Source of the DNA: Eledone cirrhosa
Lineage: Eukaryota
Direction of reading: 5' to 3'
Length of the DNA stretch: 64,000 nucleotides
Assembly: GCA_964016885.1 (NCBI GenBank)
Contig: CAXHJY010000126.1
Location: 1 to 64,000 of the forward strand
Part shown: piece by piece, positions 13,756-27,712 of the stretch
Layout: the number at the start of each line of letters is the position of its first letter
Position numbering within the stretch: the stretch's first letter is position 1
Translations under genes and position numbers: made by a program
The notes under the pieces: generated by a model
Told to the model about the DNA's origin: nothing
What the model saw: the letters and a program-made list of their open reading frames with translations, nothing else
Databases searched by the model: none

Positions 13756-15442
13756 CTCACACATATATCGACATTAATTCTCACACATTTCACTTTGCGT
13801 TCCAAATTCGTTACCAAGACTACCTAACGGTTTGTCTTCTTTACACTCTATATTTTCGTTTTTTTTCTTCTGTACTTTAATTGGACTACCTTTCATTTTC
13901 TACATCTTCCTTTGTGATCCTCTTTCTCTTCTTGTACTCCTGAAGAAGGGCTAAAGCTTGACACGTCAAACTTTCTTTCCCCTTTATCACATAAAGCATG
14001 AAACTAATAAGACTGCTTTGAACCTCTGTTGTTTCCTTGAACTGTGTATATATATTTATATGTGTGTGTGTGTCTATTAATTTATTTATGTATATATGTG
14101 TATGCGTGTTCATAGATGATTATAATTATACAGATATAAGACAAAGATGGGATGGTGACAGTAAGCATAACCATTATATCGTATAGATAATAAATCATTA
14201 TTTTACTAAGTTATTTTATTAATTTTTCATTTATTCTACATTACTATTGTAAGATTCACTCGTGAATTTCATATTACATTATCTGATAGCCTAATAGAAA
14301 TGGCAACCAGGCTGATATCTGTTACAAGTAGATGATGGTCATGTTTAACCTCAAGTTGAAATTCCTCTTGAAAATATTATGAAGGCGTGATATTAACCTC
14401 TCCGACCTGTCAAATTACCCACCAATTGCCCTCATCGCAAACATGTCCATAGTGACACGACGAGATTATAGTTGTACGTTTTCTATAACACTTTTTACTT
14501 TCATTCTCTTCTCAGCAACTATCAATATATATTTTGTATGTCGTGACCTTCTCTGACATACTCCCCTCGTTTACAAATTAATGGTCACTTGCCATCATTA
14601 ACCTTAGAAACACCAGAAAACCTTTCAGAAGTATTTGACCTAAAAAAAATCCTAGTTAAGCACCCTATCTAAAACGTCATATGAACAAATGTCCGGCCCC
14701 TTTCCTAAGTATGACAGCTTCTGTAGATAAAACCTTCCCTTTCTCCGATACCTACAGACCTGGACATTTTTTCAAGCCATGTCACCACTTGAAAATGTCT
14801 CTCTCCTTTACACTGGTCACCTATTATTATCATTTCCAACTCTAGACCATTGAACTATTTATTAACCATCACTCTGGTCATTTAGAACGTCTACAACCCC
14901 GGTTCTCAGATTACAGTCTTATTAGGTCCTGTTTTCAATGCTGCCCTTACTCTCTAGGAATAAGGACATTTGATATAGTCTATAACATAATCTAGTAATG
15001 TTTCAAAACACAGACATTACTCATCTACACAAATTGAATTGTTCCCTTACTGGCTTGTCAATTACAACGCCATATATATAATAAAATTATCTTTTATAAC
15101 CAGTTCTGTAAATTCCATAATAAGCCCATCATAAAACGCAGAGAATGAGTTTCTTTTTAGACTAAAATGTATGTATGACTATGTTTATATTGTTGGTGTT
15201 GAGTCGCTGCTGTTAAATGAGAAAATAATGCAACAGAATGACGTGATATTAGAATAATACCAAAATGGTAAACCAGATGATAGGTGTCTAGTTGCTGGAT
15301 TAGGTTTTAATGCTAAATGGTTTAGACTGATGAGTCGGCAGAAATAGGTACTCATTTCTGGCACTTCATATATCTGTACAGTTGAGCATTAAAATCTAAA
15401 CCAAGGCAATTATCGCTTTATATATATATATATATATATATA

Positions 15443-15700
15443 TTTATTATACTTATTCACATGACAGTCATCAACCAACCAAATTACTTTTCTAAAAACC
15501 TAGCATTTCGAGCCACTTTTTCCATATAAAACAGAAGTAACATTCGAACACCAACCAGATGCGAGAAAAACCACAAACCCTCCATCTCAATTCTACTTTT
15601 GAAAAGCACAAGAACTGCGAAACCGGTAAAGGAACCAAATAAATATTTTTTTTTTTTTAAAAGACTCCAGTTGCATTATCGATTTCATCTTTTTTCCTTA
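15443..15700 (+). mobile_element. (TA)n-flanked single-arm copy of HHR family A
   Basis: 15594-15700 matches 4220-4329 (TTGAAAA gcac-aagaa-ctgc GAAA ccgg TA aagg) and ends at the same internal point (ttttccttata). Confidence 0.7.
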
Positions 15701-17829
15701 TATATATATATATTTTGTCCTTTTGTTATATTAATCCCTCACATCGTTATATATTGCGTATAACAGCGGGACTCGAGAACCACACAACTTAGTCTATTAA
15801 AATAAACACTCCCATATATAACATACATTTCTATAAACTATACTATACTGACTCTGCCTGTCTAGATGTTAAGCATTAATGAATAATGAAATGCCTTAGA
15901 ATCTCATATGTAATTATGAGAAATTAAAATATTCACTATTTGGAATATCAGATTACAAATTTTAGATGTTTATTAAAAAATCATTACGAGAAGTTTTCTT
16001 CAAGGAGAAGTTGAATGATGAAAAGAAAAAATACAGTGGATCAAATATTGCATATATTAATATAAAAAAAAACATAAGTCTTTGGCAGCAATTGGCAAAG
16101 TTGTTAAAATGTATAATAGAATGTACTGTATTATTCGTTCCGGTTCTCTGCACCCTGAGTTCAAATCCCGCTTTATTGACTTTGCGTTTCATCCTTTCAG
16201 GATTGATAAAAAAAGGATCAATCCAGCACTGAAGTCGATTCTTCCTTTATATCTTTTTCTCTCTATCACACACTCTCTCTAGCACACACACACTCTCTCT
16301 CACTCTCCCCTTCTTTGGAAGAAATCGAATGTGTTTAAACCTGGAGAGGGATGGGCTCTGTCAGGGATTAAAATATCTAAGAAACACCATGTATGAAGAC
16401 GCCGCCCTTACAACCCCACCAGGTGTTACGGGTTCCTATCTACATAATAGGTTTACTATGAAACAAACTAAAAAGTGGTTATGTAAGAGGAAATGATACT
16501 TGCAAAAAGATTTAGGAAATCATGTTTAATATTGCATAGGATGTTCTGTTACTTTCCTATTAACTTCATTTGAAAAATGTGTGACAGATCTATAGTAGAA
16601 CTTTAATTAAGCATACATAGCATATCAACGAAGCACTCAATAAGTCGCGAAGTGAGCGCAGGATGCAATTGGAGGGTGAAAACTAACCTCAAACTGGAGA
16701 CTTGACCTGAATGTTTGCAGCAATTACGGTTCCCCTAAAGCACCCAAGTGTCAGATCGTATTGTTATCCCGGGTAACTGATTAAATTTACCACCTAAAGC
16801 GAAATGTGAACTCAGAAAGAACTGGAAACAATTACAGCAAGGTATCAATCTCACTAACAACTCCGCCAGTCCATTACCTTCAAAGATGACCCTGATGAGA
16901 TTTGAACTCAATAAATACCGCATGGCATTTCGTTCGGTGTCCTATAACTACAAATGCCTTTCTCTTGAATAGACATGTAATCAAAGGCGTCCCAATCGTG
17001 ACCATCTATTTTTTTTCTTTTCTTTTTGTTTGTTTTTTAGCATACCAGTATCTAATACTCTATATTAAAGTGTGTATTTATATGGAGATTTGGCTGCTAT
17101 TTCTTGCAGATAGATATACTAAAAGTAAAGCTTCAGAGTATTTATACGTAGGCAGCCTAGGCAGTAATGGGTAAGATTCTTATAATGGTTGAAGTGAAGC
17201 TTCGATGACCAGATAAAAACCATGGTGTTCAGGTATGTTATTCCTCAGGTACCATTGCCTCTGAGATGGGTTTCTATTCAAATAAATATTTGAATTTCGA
17301 AAATTAAGGTTGGAGATTTAATTAAAATGGAATGCAATCTAGAATATGATTAACACATAAATATTTCTTTGCTTTTAACTCTCAATGTTTCATATCCCGG
17401 CATCACAATAATCCAAAGTACGCAGGAAACAAGATTTTGAAAGAATCACTTAAGGTTTTATAATATTCAAGGCAATAGAATTAACAGATAATGATTTACT
17501 AAATTTAAAGTAATTGTATGAAACTGAGATCAGGTAAAATGTATAGTAAACTATTGCAGGAGGAAAGAACTGCTTAATATTTTATATGTAACAAAGCGAC
17601 TTCAGAATTCTTAACACTATCCTTTCAGATTTATTTTTCTAATTGCACACTCGTTCAAAGGTATTTTGTTAAGGAAGACAAGCATTTGCCCAACAAGTCT
17701 TCCATCAATGTTGCCGAGGAAAACGGCAGGGAGTGATATCACAGCTAAGCCCCATATTACAGCCAAACTGAGAACGTAAAGAATCGGAACAAATACTGGA
17801 AAGCATATTTGTTTAGCATTATAATAATT

Positions 17830-18019
17830 GGCGGTAGATTGGCAGTATCGGTAGAGCATCAGACACCATGCTTTGCAGCATAGAGTTGTGGCCCTTTGCG
17901 TTCTGAGTTCAAATCCCGTCGAGGCTAACTTTGCCTTTCATCCTTACGGGGTCGATAAAATAAAGTACCAGTAATGCACTGAGGTAATTGTTGGCCTTGT
18001 GCCAAAAGTAGAAACAATT
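17830..18019 (+). mobile_element. Full-length Meta-type SINE
   Basis: A box tggcagtatcgg, B box gagttcaaatccc, Meta core, tail ggccttgtgccaaaagtagaaac. Confidence 0.85.
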
Positions 18020-18559
18020 ATAATTGTGTCAATCCATCGATCTGTAGTGGTACTATATTTTATCGACCATACCAAGATAGATAAAAGGCAAAGTTGACCA
18101 TGGTGAAATTTATACTTAGAGCGTAATGAGTCTGAAACCAATTCCGCAAGTCATTTTCCACGACACATTAATGTTTCTATCAACTCGCATTAACATTTCT
18201 AATGAACTATCTAAATGTTTGGAATGGTAATACTCTTAGAATTTTGCCAGTTGTAAATCTCTTCTTAAGAAATGTAAATTGCAATAATATTTACATCCTC
18301 CCCCACGCATGACTGTCTGGTAAATGCGTTCGCTGATAGTCATCTATGATATGCACATAATATGAAACTGGATTCAAACTCAAAGGTAGTGAGATTCTTA
18401 TTCACTTTGACACTGGAAATAAATTTACTGTGGTAATCCCTTTTCAAAACTTTGAAGAATAATCACATAGTCCTCAAATATTTATAGAAATATTCTTCCT
18501 GAAATTTGAGATATATTTTTTTTATTTATCTTTGATAAATTAAGTAATAGGAATACGTC

Positions 18560-19325
18560 CCCTCTCTAGACTCCCTCCACCTGTAGTTATGCCACACTTC
18601 CTAACCCCCTTCCGTTCGTAATTTTGCCACCCTTTCTAGCCATGTTCCACCCGTAGTTATGCCACCCTTCCAAACCTCCCTCTGTCCGTTGTTATGCCAC
18701 TCTTTCCGTCCGTTGTTATGCCATCCTTTACAACCTCGCTCCGTCCCTAGGTATGCCACCATCTCTCGCCTCCCACCTCCCGTAGGTATGCCACCCTTTC
18801 TAGCCTTTGTCTTTCCGTAGGTATGCCAGCCTTCCTAGCCTCCATTTTTTTCGTAGGGTGGCACACTATGGCACTGCCGAGCTTGGGTTGCATACTATGG
18901 AGCTGGGGAGCTTCCGTGACACAGTATGGAAATATGGAGCTAAGGTGTCCCCTTGTGTCAATAGGAAGATAACGTGGACAAATATGGCTCTTTGGAACTA
19001 GAGTGCCGCACTATGGCACTTCGGAGCTAGGGCGACACAATATGGACTTGGGGAGCTTCAGTCACACTGTATGGAAATACGGAGTTAGGATGAACTCCTG
19101 TGGGAAAATATGGCACTTTTAATCTAGCGTGCCGCAGCATGACACTGCGGGGCTAGGGTGGCACACTTTGACACTGAGAAGCTTCAGTAAAATAGTATGG
19201 AAATATCAAACTAGGATGTCACAGTATGGCAATGGGGAGATAGGGTGGAAAAGTACGGCACGTCAGAGCTAGGGTGCCGCACTATGGCACTGCTAAGCTA
19301 GGGTGGCATACTATGGAGCTGGGGA
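18560..19325. repeat. Bipartite diverged minisatellite (~30-bp monomers in opposite orientations)
   Basis: Left units contain tatgccacc(c)tt; right units contain gagctagggtggcacactatggcactg and show ~130-bp higher-order repeats. Confidence 0.75.
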
Positions 19326-19403
19326 GTCACCAAGCTCCCTATGGTAATGGGTAGATAGTGTGGTAAAATATGGCATTTTGAAGATAGTAATAGTATTTAG
19401 ATA

Positions 19404-19592
19404 GCTTCTACTATAGGCACAAGGCCAGCAATTATGGGGTGGGGCGAGTCGATTAAATCGACTCCAGTGTATTACTGATACTTTATTTTTTCGACCACGT
19501 ATGGATGAAAAGCAAAGATAACGTCGGCGGGATTTGAACTCAGTGTAAAGGGCCATAACTATGCTGCAAAACATTGGTGTCCGATGCAATGC
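19404..19592 (-). mobile_element. Meta-type SINE copy
   Basis: Homologous to the other copies. Confidence 0.75.
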
Positions 19593-19788
19593 GTTGTTAA
19601 TAGACCAGTTATTCATTGACTGAGAAATTATTATTACCAGGAACTTATGATAAAACAAAAACATGTTACCTATAACTATTTTTAATGCACAAATGTTTTC
19701 AAAATGTGATCCATTAAATTCATAAGAAAAAACTTCATAGATATTAAATATAAATATACTTTTAATTGTATTGTGCAACACCACAGAC

Positions 19789-20697
19789 CAGGGGTGGGCA
19801 AACGTTTTGGATCGGGAGCCACATTGACTGGATCATGAACACCAGAGGGCAGCACCATTTATTATTGTATGTAGTATTGTATAGTACTAGATAGTTTGGC
19901 TGAAGATGTCACCAATGTGGTAGAGAATAGTATATTTAGAGAGTTATGTTTAGAGTGCTGTAATGTTGCCACGAGGAACCAGGTTTGGTAGAAAGATATG
20001 ATAGGAATATCGACAACGACTTTAGCTTGTTTTTACATTATTTATTAACAAAGGTTAAGAAGTGAATTAAGCTGGCCTGCCAAGAGAAATGAAATAATTC
20101 AATTAAGATTACAAGAAAAAATACGGTCGACTGGCTGAGGCGTTTGGCCAGGCCCGTAGTAATGTTGTGTCATTACATATTGTTTGTGCTTACGGAGCAA
20201 AAGAACAAGTGGTGTTTACCTTAGCATGATCAAGCTGCGAGTGTGAGTTTTCTCAAATCTTCGCGGGTTATTTCTCTCTCAGAACGCGTAGGGATACATC
20301 CTCTTCTCCTGGCGCTGATTGGCTGAGCTGAGCCAAATCACGCACAGAGAATGTATGTGAGCCCGCGGAATGTAGGTCACTACAATAGTATTGGATATAG
20401 TGTGCCAGTAACCTTACTTTTCTTCAGTTAGAATTTAGAAAATATAAAATATAAACTGCATCATTATAATACATAAATTAATGAAATGATTAAATACAAA
20501 AATCTTGAAAGAAAGTTTTCTTTTAATTTGTGTCTGTACATCACAAAACATTATTAAATATTATATACGACACATACATATACTAAAATGTGTTGATTTT
20601 AATATTTTTTTGTTAATTCACCGAATGCTTCCAAGTGCCGCACAAAACTCTTTGGCGGGCCGCATTTGGTCAGCGGGCCGTAGTTTGTCCACCCCTG
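19789..20697. mobile_element. Non-autonomous hAT (Charlie-like) DNA transposon
   Basis: TIRs caggggtgggcaaac / gtttgtccacccctg; 8-bp TSD ccacagac / ccatagac. Confidence 0.85.
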
Positions 20698-21734
20698 CCA
20701 TAGACTATAGATATTTAAAATTTAAGAATTGATCATTTATTTTATATGAATCATGTACATTTATATTTACTTGATTTCGATTTTAGCTTGTCCTACTCTT
20801 TTTATACGCTTTAACAGGTTTCAGTAATTAGACTTCGGCTCTGTTTGGGCACTTCTTTATAGATTTGTTGTTTGTGTAAACCAAAACTAGCAAATTCCTT
20901 GGATTTATGGAAAGTTGGTACGGCCTAAATTGCGCACTACTGCTTACTGCTGTAAATCATTCAATATGGTACTCAAGTGTGTCTGCTGTTTAATCCCATA
21001 CAACCATCTGAATAATAAGAGTTCCTAAGATTAACAGATGACCACATATTTTAAAGGTAGCTACACTTGATTTAATCAATCTCCATATACATGACTGGTA
21101 TATATATATTTTTTTATCGATTCTGAGAAGAAAAGGTGAGGTCTGTCTTGGAATGATTTGAACACAAAACTTCAAGCGACGTAGTATTTCAATGTATTTT
21201 GCTCGGTTCATTACTGATTCTACCTCTCTCTATTTCCATCTATTACAAAGATAATACCAACTTCTATTAGTATAACAGGAAATGGGAAACAACTTAATGA
21301 GAATAATGTACGGTATTTCAGAAATTTGTAGTCTTCAACAATTTCTATTGTCTCCGCATTAAATTGATTGACTCCCAGTTTAGAATTATTGTTAACCTCC
21401 TCATCTATAGTATTCTATATGGCAATAGCATACGAAGTCTTACTCGTCATTTCATCAGAGACTTATACAGTAGTTTTATGTAAAGTAAGAAGCCTCATGT
21501 GATATTTTAGTTTTATTAAAAGATGCAGTATTTATGGTCATTACTAACTCTCTATATCAAAATGGTGGTATGGACGCCGTTGATTATACATTTATTATCT
21601 GTAAGTCAGGAAATGAGAGGAGGGGAAATTCAGATTGAGTGTAACTGTTTTCGGGAGAAATGAAGTATTTAAATTAGTGCCGTCTAAGTGGATGTTGATG
21701 AGAGGAGGGTTACACAGCCAACTTCTTTAAAATA

Positions 21735-21880
21735 ACTGTTTCTACTTTAGGCACAAGGTCAGCAATTACCCAGTGCATTACTGGTACTTTATTTTATCGA
21801 CCCCGTAAGGATGAAAGGCAAAGTCAACCTCGGCGGGATTTGAACTCAGATCGTAAAGGGACGTAACTATGCTGGAAAGA
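21735..21880 (-). mobile_element. Meta-type SINE copy lacking its head
   Basis: Very similar to the reverse complement of 40184-40370. Confidence 0.8.
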
Positions 21881-22592
21881 ATAGTTTAAAATAACGGACG
21901 GCATTAAGAGTATAAATGATCAGAAACAGCTTGTGTGTTAAAAGGTGGTTGAAGTGTGGTCATAACGGAACCTTTAACAATCAGTTGATTTTGAATTTGG
22001 TTTAGAATATGTTTGTATGTAGTAATTGAGAGTGATTCTTGGTGATTCTGGCGGGTTAATGTTACTATTGAAAAATTGTAAGATGACTGCTAGAAATACA
22101 TGTTTAGGTAACGAAATTTTTTTTTTATCATATCTATCTCTAGTAACCCAAGGATGATTTTTTAGATTATCAGTAGAGAACCTCATAAGGCTCTTATTCC
22201 AGATGTTAGTATGACCGTACTGCTCGAAAAATTATATTTTATGACAAATTTGGGAATCAAATAAGTATTTTAATTAGTCAAAAGGACCGGGAATGATAAT
22301 TTACAATTTTTTCATATACCACGAAAAGAAAGTTTCATTTACGGATCTAACAACACTGAAGCCTTCAGACGTTATTATGATAAAAGCGAACCCAAGTTAC
22401 AAGTATTGGATAGATTCACAATGCTAGGGAATTTTTAGATTAGCATAACTTTACAAATATTCAAGGGTTGGGGTAGACTTCATTTAATGGATATCAGTTT
22501 AATATTTGTTGTTCTGCTATTTATCTTCATGTCTACAATTCACTGAGTGGACCTTTTGTCATGGCTCACTTTGTATTATTTAAGTATTGTAA

Positions 22593-22810
22593 GGGCGATG
22601 ATTGGCAGTATCGGTAGAGGCTTGGACGCCATGCTTTGCAGCATAGAGTTACATCCCTTTATGAACTGAGTTCAAATCCCACCGAGGTTAACTTTACCTT
22701 TCATCCTTACGGGGTCGATAAAATAAAGTACCAGCCACGCACTGGGTCGATTTAATCGACTTTCCTTCCCCAAAAATTGCTGGCCTTGTGCCTATATATA
22801 AGAAATCGTT
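22593..22810 (+). mobile_element. Full-length Meta-type SINE
   Basis: A and B boxes, Meta core, tail. Confidence 0.85.
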
Positions 22811-24044
22811 ATTTAAGTATTGTATTAAAGTGCATCGACTCAGTCCTACAACTCACTGTATCTACGACAGCATTTGAACTTAGTACTGCATTAGTAGGCT
22901 GTCGTACTCAAAGAAATGAATTATACATTTGAAATTATCTACAGTCTGTCTCAAGCACGGAGGGTCATTAAGTCGGTGTTTATCCCGGTCTCTTTTATGT
23001 TAAGCGACTGAGAATATATGAATCCCTCTCCTGGACAGGACGTCAGCCCTTCGAAGAGATAAACTCACAGCTACTGCAACTATGTATATAGGAACAACGT
23101 GGAATGGAGTATGTTTTCTCAAGAATGCAACCCTGTTAATGAATCGAATCCACGACATTGTGATTGTAAGTCTGGAACCCTAACCACTTCGCTATGCGCT
23201 TTCATTTACCATACTTACATTTAGTTAAGTTGGCTGAACTGCTGAGAGTTAACTATAAAAACTCTGTTGACACAGGCCCAATACCAGAGTACGAACCATT
23301 GTTTGTTCGTTCATCTACAGATGCGGATATCTGTGATTCCATATCAGATGAATAGGAAAATGAAAATTAGCTGCCAAGAAGAGAAGCGAAGTCTTTCACA
23401 ATCAGGTAGAATCATTTATATATGATATCGTGTGTCTCAAGTTAATATACAAGGCGTGGGTGAAACGATCACTTATTGGGATCGAAACGACGCTATCCAC
23501 AATCAAAGGATAATGCAATACATTAATTCATTAAGACATTAATATTCAAAAACTATCATCATCTCTTAAACTTCTTATGAAGTTGCTTGATCTGATACAT
23601 TAATATAAACTGTACTAATGTTATTGGTAGTACTTGGATGTCAGCTGCAGATTTATCAAAGATCTGCTGTATTATATTACATAATTTACTGAATTCTAAA
23701 AGATATTGATATTACATGGTCATGTTGAATATTCATTTTAGATTATTCGATTATCACTAACTGAATTATAATATCTACGACACGAGCTGTTGCAACGATC
23801 GAGTCGACTAATGAATTTTCTCTTTACATATATTATATATATCAACATATATGTTTCAAGTTCGTACTTTCTCACTGGCTCTGATCTGTTCCTCCACATA
23901 GTTAAGTATGGAATATCTTGATGAAGACAAAAGAGAGGAAGAGTCTGAATAAACGGAAGGAAAAATAACTTAGTGGCGAAGAAGAGACGTTTCTGAAAGA
24001 AAAACAAGGTGTGTGTGTGGTGTAGGGGTTTATTGTTTAATACT

Positions 24045-24476
24045 GGTTTCTTATATAGGCACAAGGCCAGCAAATTTGGGGGTGGGGAAAGTCGATTAAA
24101 TCGACCCCAGTACGTTGCTGGTGCTTTATTTTATCGACCTCGTAAAGATGAAAGGCAAAGTTAACCTTGGTGGGATTTGAACTCGGATCATAATAGGCCG
24201 TAACTCTATGCTGCAAAGCATGGCACCCGGCTCTCTAACGATACTGCCAATCCATCGCCCTGTTATGAGTTAATAAGGGTTTCTTATATAGGTAGAAGGC
24301 CAGCAATTCTCGGGGAGGGGGAAGTCGATTAAATCGACCCTAGTGCGTGACTGGTACTTTATTTTATCGACTCCGTAAGGATGAAAGGCAAAGTTAACCT
24401 CGGCGGGACTTGAACTTAGATCATAAAGGGCCGTAACACTTGCTGCAAAGCATGGCGTCCCGCCCTCTACCGCCCT
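24045..24476 (-). mobile_element. Two tandem Meta-type SINEs (24045-24262, 24278-24476)
   Basis: Both copies are followed by the same flank cgccctgttatgagttaataa. Confidence 0.85.
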
Positions 24477-25934
24477 GTTATGAGTTAATAATAACTGAAT
24501 GAATAGGGGAATCCGGAGATTTTCGCCTTCAGATAAAACATTAAAGGAGAAAGGATCCAATGAAAATCCTTCTCCATTTCTCTCGTTCAACATGCTAGAA
24601 AATGCAGCTAAAATTCCCTCAAATTACGAATCCGACTATCGGACGAGATTATCATGAAGGTAATCCTGCAGCCTTCCTGATCGGAAATGCAAACGATTTT
24701 CCTGTCTTATAGCTATGGCAAAACTGGTTGTAAAGCAGACACGAGTGAAAGAAATGAAGACAGATACATTTCTTTTCGGTCAAGCCCTCATCGATTTGAC
24801 ATGAGAGGGGAAAGAGAAATGTTGCAATCCAATAAACATACTGAAAGGTGGATGGGAAGAGTGAGCATGGTTCGTGTGAACGGACTTGCTCTGGGTGTAC
24901 GCCGGTAGACGATAGTTGAGAGAGGGTACTTGCCCTTAGTGGTCAGTTTGGACTAGGTTTTTACGGGTTCCTTCATTGTCCCTAGATAGCTAACCCACCT
25001 ATTAAAGGACAGTTTTTTTGTTGATATTTCCTTATTTGCGTCCCTTTCTTCATCTGGTTTCAAATATCGACTTAGACTTTTATCAAATAATCCGTTGCCT
25101 TGTGACTGTATTAGAAATCAATGACAGATAGTTTAAAAAATCGGTAGAGCGTCGAAAATATATATTGCGTTATTTAATAATGTATTTTAATGCTGAGGTC
25201 AACTTTGCCTGTCATCTTAACGAGGTCGATAAAATGAAGCATCAGTCAAGAGCGAGGGATCGATCTTAATGTCCGAAGGGTTAAGAAATTCGCTTCACAA
25301 ATATTAGGTCACTGATTCGATCCCAATGTCTGGCATTTTAAAGAATTGTCATTTACCATAACCTCGAGTCGCCTCTTGCTACGTGAGTGAAATTTCGCAG
25401 ATAAAAACTGTGTTGAAGCCTGCCGGATCGACTGTACTGTACCTATAACTGAAAGGGCTAGCCTTCTCATGCGCTTTGTCACACTGAATCTCTCTAAGAA
25501 CTTCGTTATAGTTGCACGTGTCTGCGGAATATTCAGCCGCTTACACGTTAGTATTACGATCAGGCTGTTCCAGTGTTCAAACAACCGGAGAATTATTGGT
25601 TGGAAACGAAAGAGGTCCAACAAGTTGAGGCAGATATAATCACGTTTAAATATCACCACACATTCAGAACTCATCGAGAAGTCGGCGCTCATCGGAGTAG
25701 AGAGTTTTAAGGTCTCCGCAATTAAATTAACTCGGTAATTGCCTTAAATATGTAATTACATCAACACTGTATTTAGTTTAGGGGTACTTCTTCGGTCCTG
25801 AAAATATCTGATGTGTCATGGGAGCTTTTATCTTCCTCATGTATAAAGCTTAAGAAAGAAATATTTCGCGGTTGATATTACCGCATAAATGCACCACTAT
25901 CTGAATCTAGTGTACAGGATGAGGAAGGCAACAA

Positions 25935-25990
<56 letters not shown>

Positions 25991-26676
25991 TTATATGTGT
26001 GTCTCTGTGTGAATGCGTATGTATATTTGTGTGTGTAGCATATTACACAATAGATCAGTTTAGGAAATTGCATACGATATTAATTAAGTATATTATAGAT
26101 GACGTCAAGAATTTAATATATCGTAGAACATATTAATACAATTAATCGTGCCGGGCTTGGTGTATTGTACGATATGTCATTTTAATTTATTGACATGTCA
26201 ATTTAACTTAAGGAATTATCTAATACCACTTTCCTCCTCACACCTCTATCCTGCTTTTTCTCTCACTGTCTCTTTCTCCCCACATTTCTCTGTTTCCGCC
26301 TCTCTCTCTTTCTCTTTCTATCTTTATCTTTCACGGTTTCTGTTCTCTCTCTCAATCTCTCTATTCCTCACTCTCTCTTCCTCACTCTCCCCCTCTATTC
26401 CGCACTCTCTCTTCCTCACTCTCTCCCTCTATTCCGCACTCTCTCTCTCCCTTTTCCTTTACCGTCCATGTAATTCGCACGACTATTTTGTTGTAATTTT
26501 CAATACAGTAATTCTCTACCGTTTACAGTATTTCGGATATACAAATAACAGACAGAACCCATTTAGAAAGTCAATATAATCGCTTTTGCACTCGACAGTC
26601 GCTATCATTTGACATAGGGAAACATTGGATAAGGAAGAAAACTAAATGATAAATGCTATATATATATATATAATAC

Positions 26677-26782
26677 ATATGCAGTATGTAAACGGTGATT
26701 AAGTAAGCAAAAGCATGTCTACCAGTGAGTCTAAGCTAACCACTCTTCCTAAAGTCTTACTTCACATGTCTATGACGTTCTC

Positions 26783-26828
<46 letters not shown>

Positions 26829-26930
26829 GTATGTAAGCGGTGATTAAGTAAGGAAAAGCATGTATACTAGTGAGTCTACGCAGACCACTCTTCCTAAAGT
26901 CTTACTCATATATCTGTGGTGTTCTCACTT
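26677..26930. repeat. ~110-bp tandem duplication with (TA)n spacer
   Basis: 26677-26788 vs 26822-26930 (atatgcagtatgtaa...gttctcacttt). Confidence 0.85.
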
Positions 26931-27453
26931 TCTCTCCCTCTTTGCTCTGTCATACTCCTATTCTTTTTCTCTTCGACTTCCCCCCATTCTCACCCCCCCC
27001 ATTCTCACCCCCCTCCCCCATTCTCTCCCTCAATAAATTTCATCGAAGTATTTTCTATATTTCTATATTTACTGTTATACTTGAATAAAGTCAAAATAGT
27101 CAGTTATTAAGTACATGCTCTGGAACTAGTTAATTAATTCTATTAACGTTTCTTCTTGTGGCTAGAGGGATTATAATCCCATTCTATTTTAGAAACATTA
27201 AATAAAAATATATTCATTCTTATTCTATATGGTGTCATACGTAATTATTATCATACACTAATTGTCAAATAACTATACTTTACCAATTGACGGTGAATTA
27301 GCAGAGTAATTAGAGAGTAGGGAACATTACTTGTGGTATTTCTTCTGGTTCTCTTCTCTCTGATTTCGAATCCTGCAGTGATCAAATTTTTCTTTCATAC
27401 TTTCGGGACTGTTTAAATGATATACGCGCAGTTCAATTGTTTGACACTAACAG

Positions 27454-27712
27454 AATGTCTTTCAATGCTTTTAAAAGGGGGTCACTCGATGGCAAACTTT
27501 CTGGGAAGGATTCCGATATGGAAATGGTTTCTTCATTTTCTACCGCCAGTGTCAGAGGTTTTGAAAACAGAAGAACCTTGGATGCTGAAGAATCTAATGA
27601 AACTAAAAGAGCAAGTGTAGCTCTAACTGTTCCAAAACTGACGACACCTAAACGAGCGAACATCCAATCCCTCAACTGTCAGACATCCGAAATTTATTGT
27701 AGGAAAATCTGA
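27454..27712 (+). CDS. Possible terminal coding exon of an unidentified host gene
   Basis: Non-repetitive open frame MSFNAFKRGSLDGK...SEIYCRKI* preceded by cactaacag (branch point and acceptor-like); no homology recognised. Confidence 0.25.

Noticed and set aside
13933-13975. CTGAAGA agggctaaagctt GACA cgtc as an HHR
   Set aside because: GAAA is mutated and there is no stem I; at best a decayed remnant.
15320-15356. CTGATGA gtcggca GAAA tagg TA as a hammerhead
   Set aside because: Stems I and II do not pair.
18855-19325. CRISPR-like array
   Set aside because: Degenerate tandem monomers without unique spacers; eukaryotic context; no cas genes.
24534-24659. ag/gt-bounded segment as an exon
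   Set aside because: The best frame has an in-frame stop before the donor and the sequence looks repeat-derived.
27584-27612. CTGAAGA..GAAA motif in the candidate exon
   Set aside because: No stable stems; chance match.
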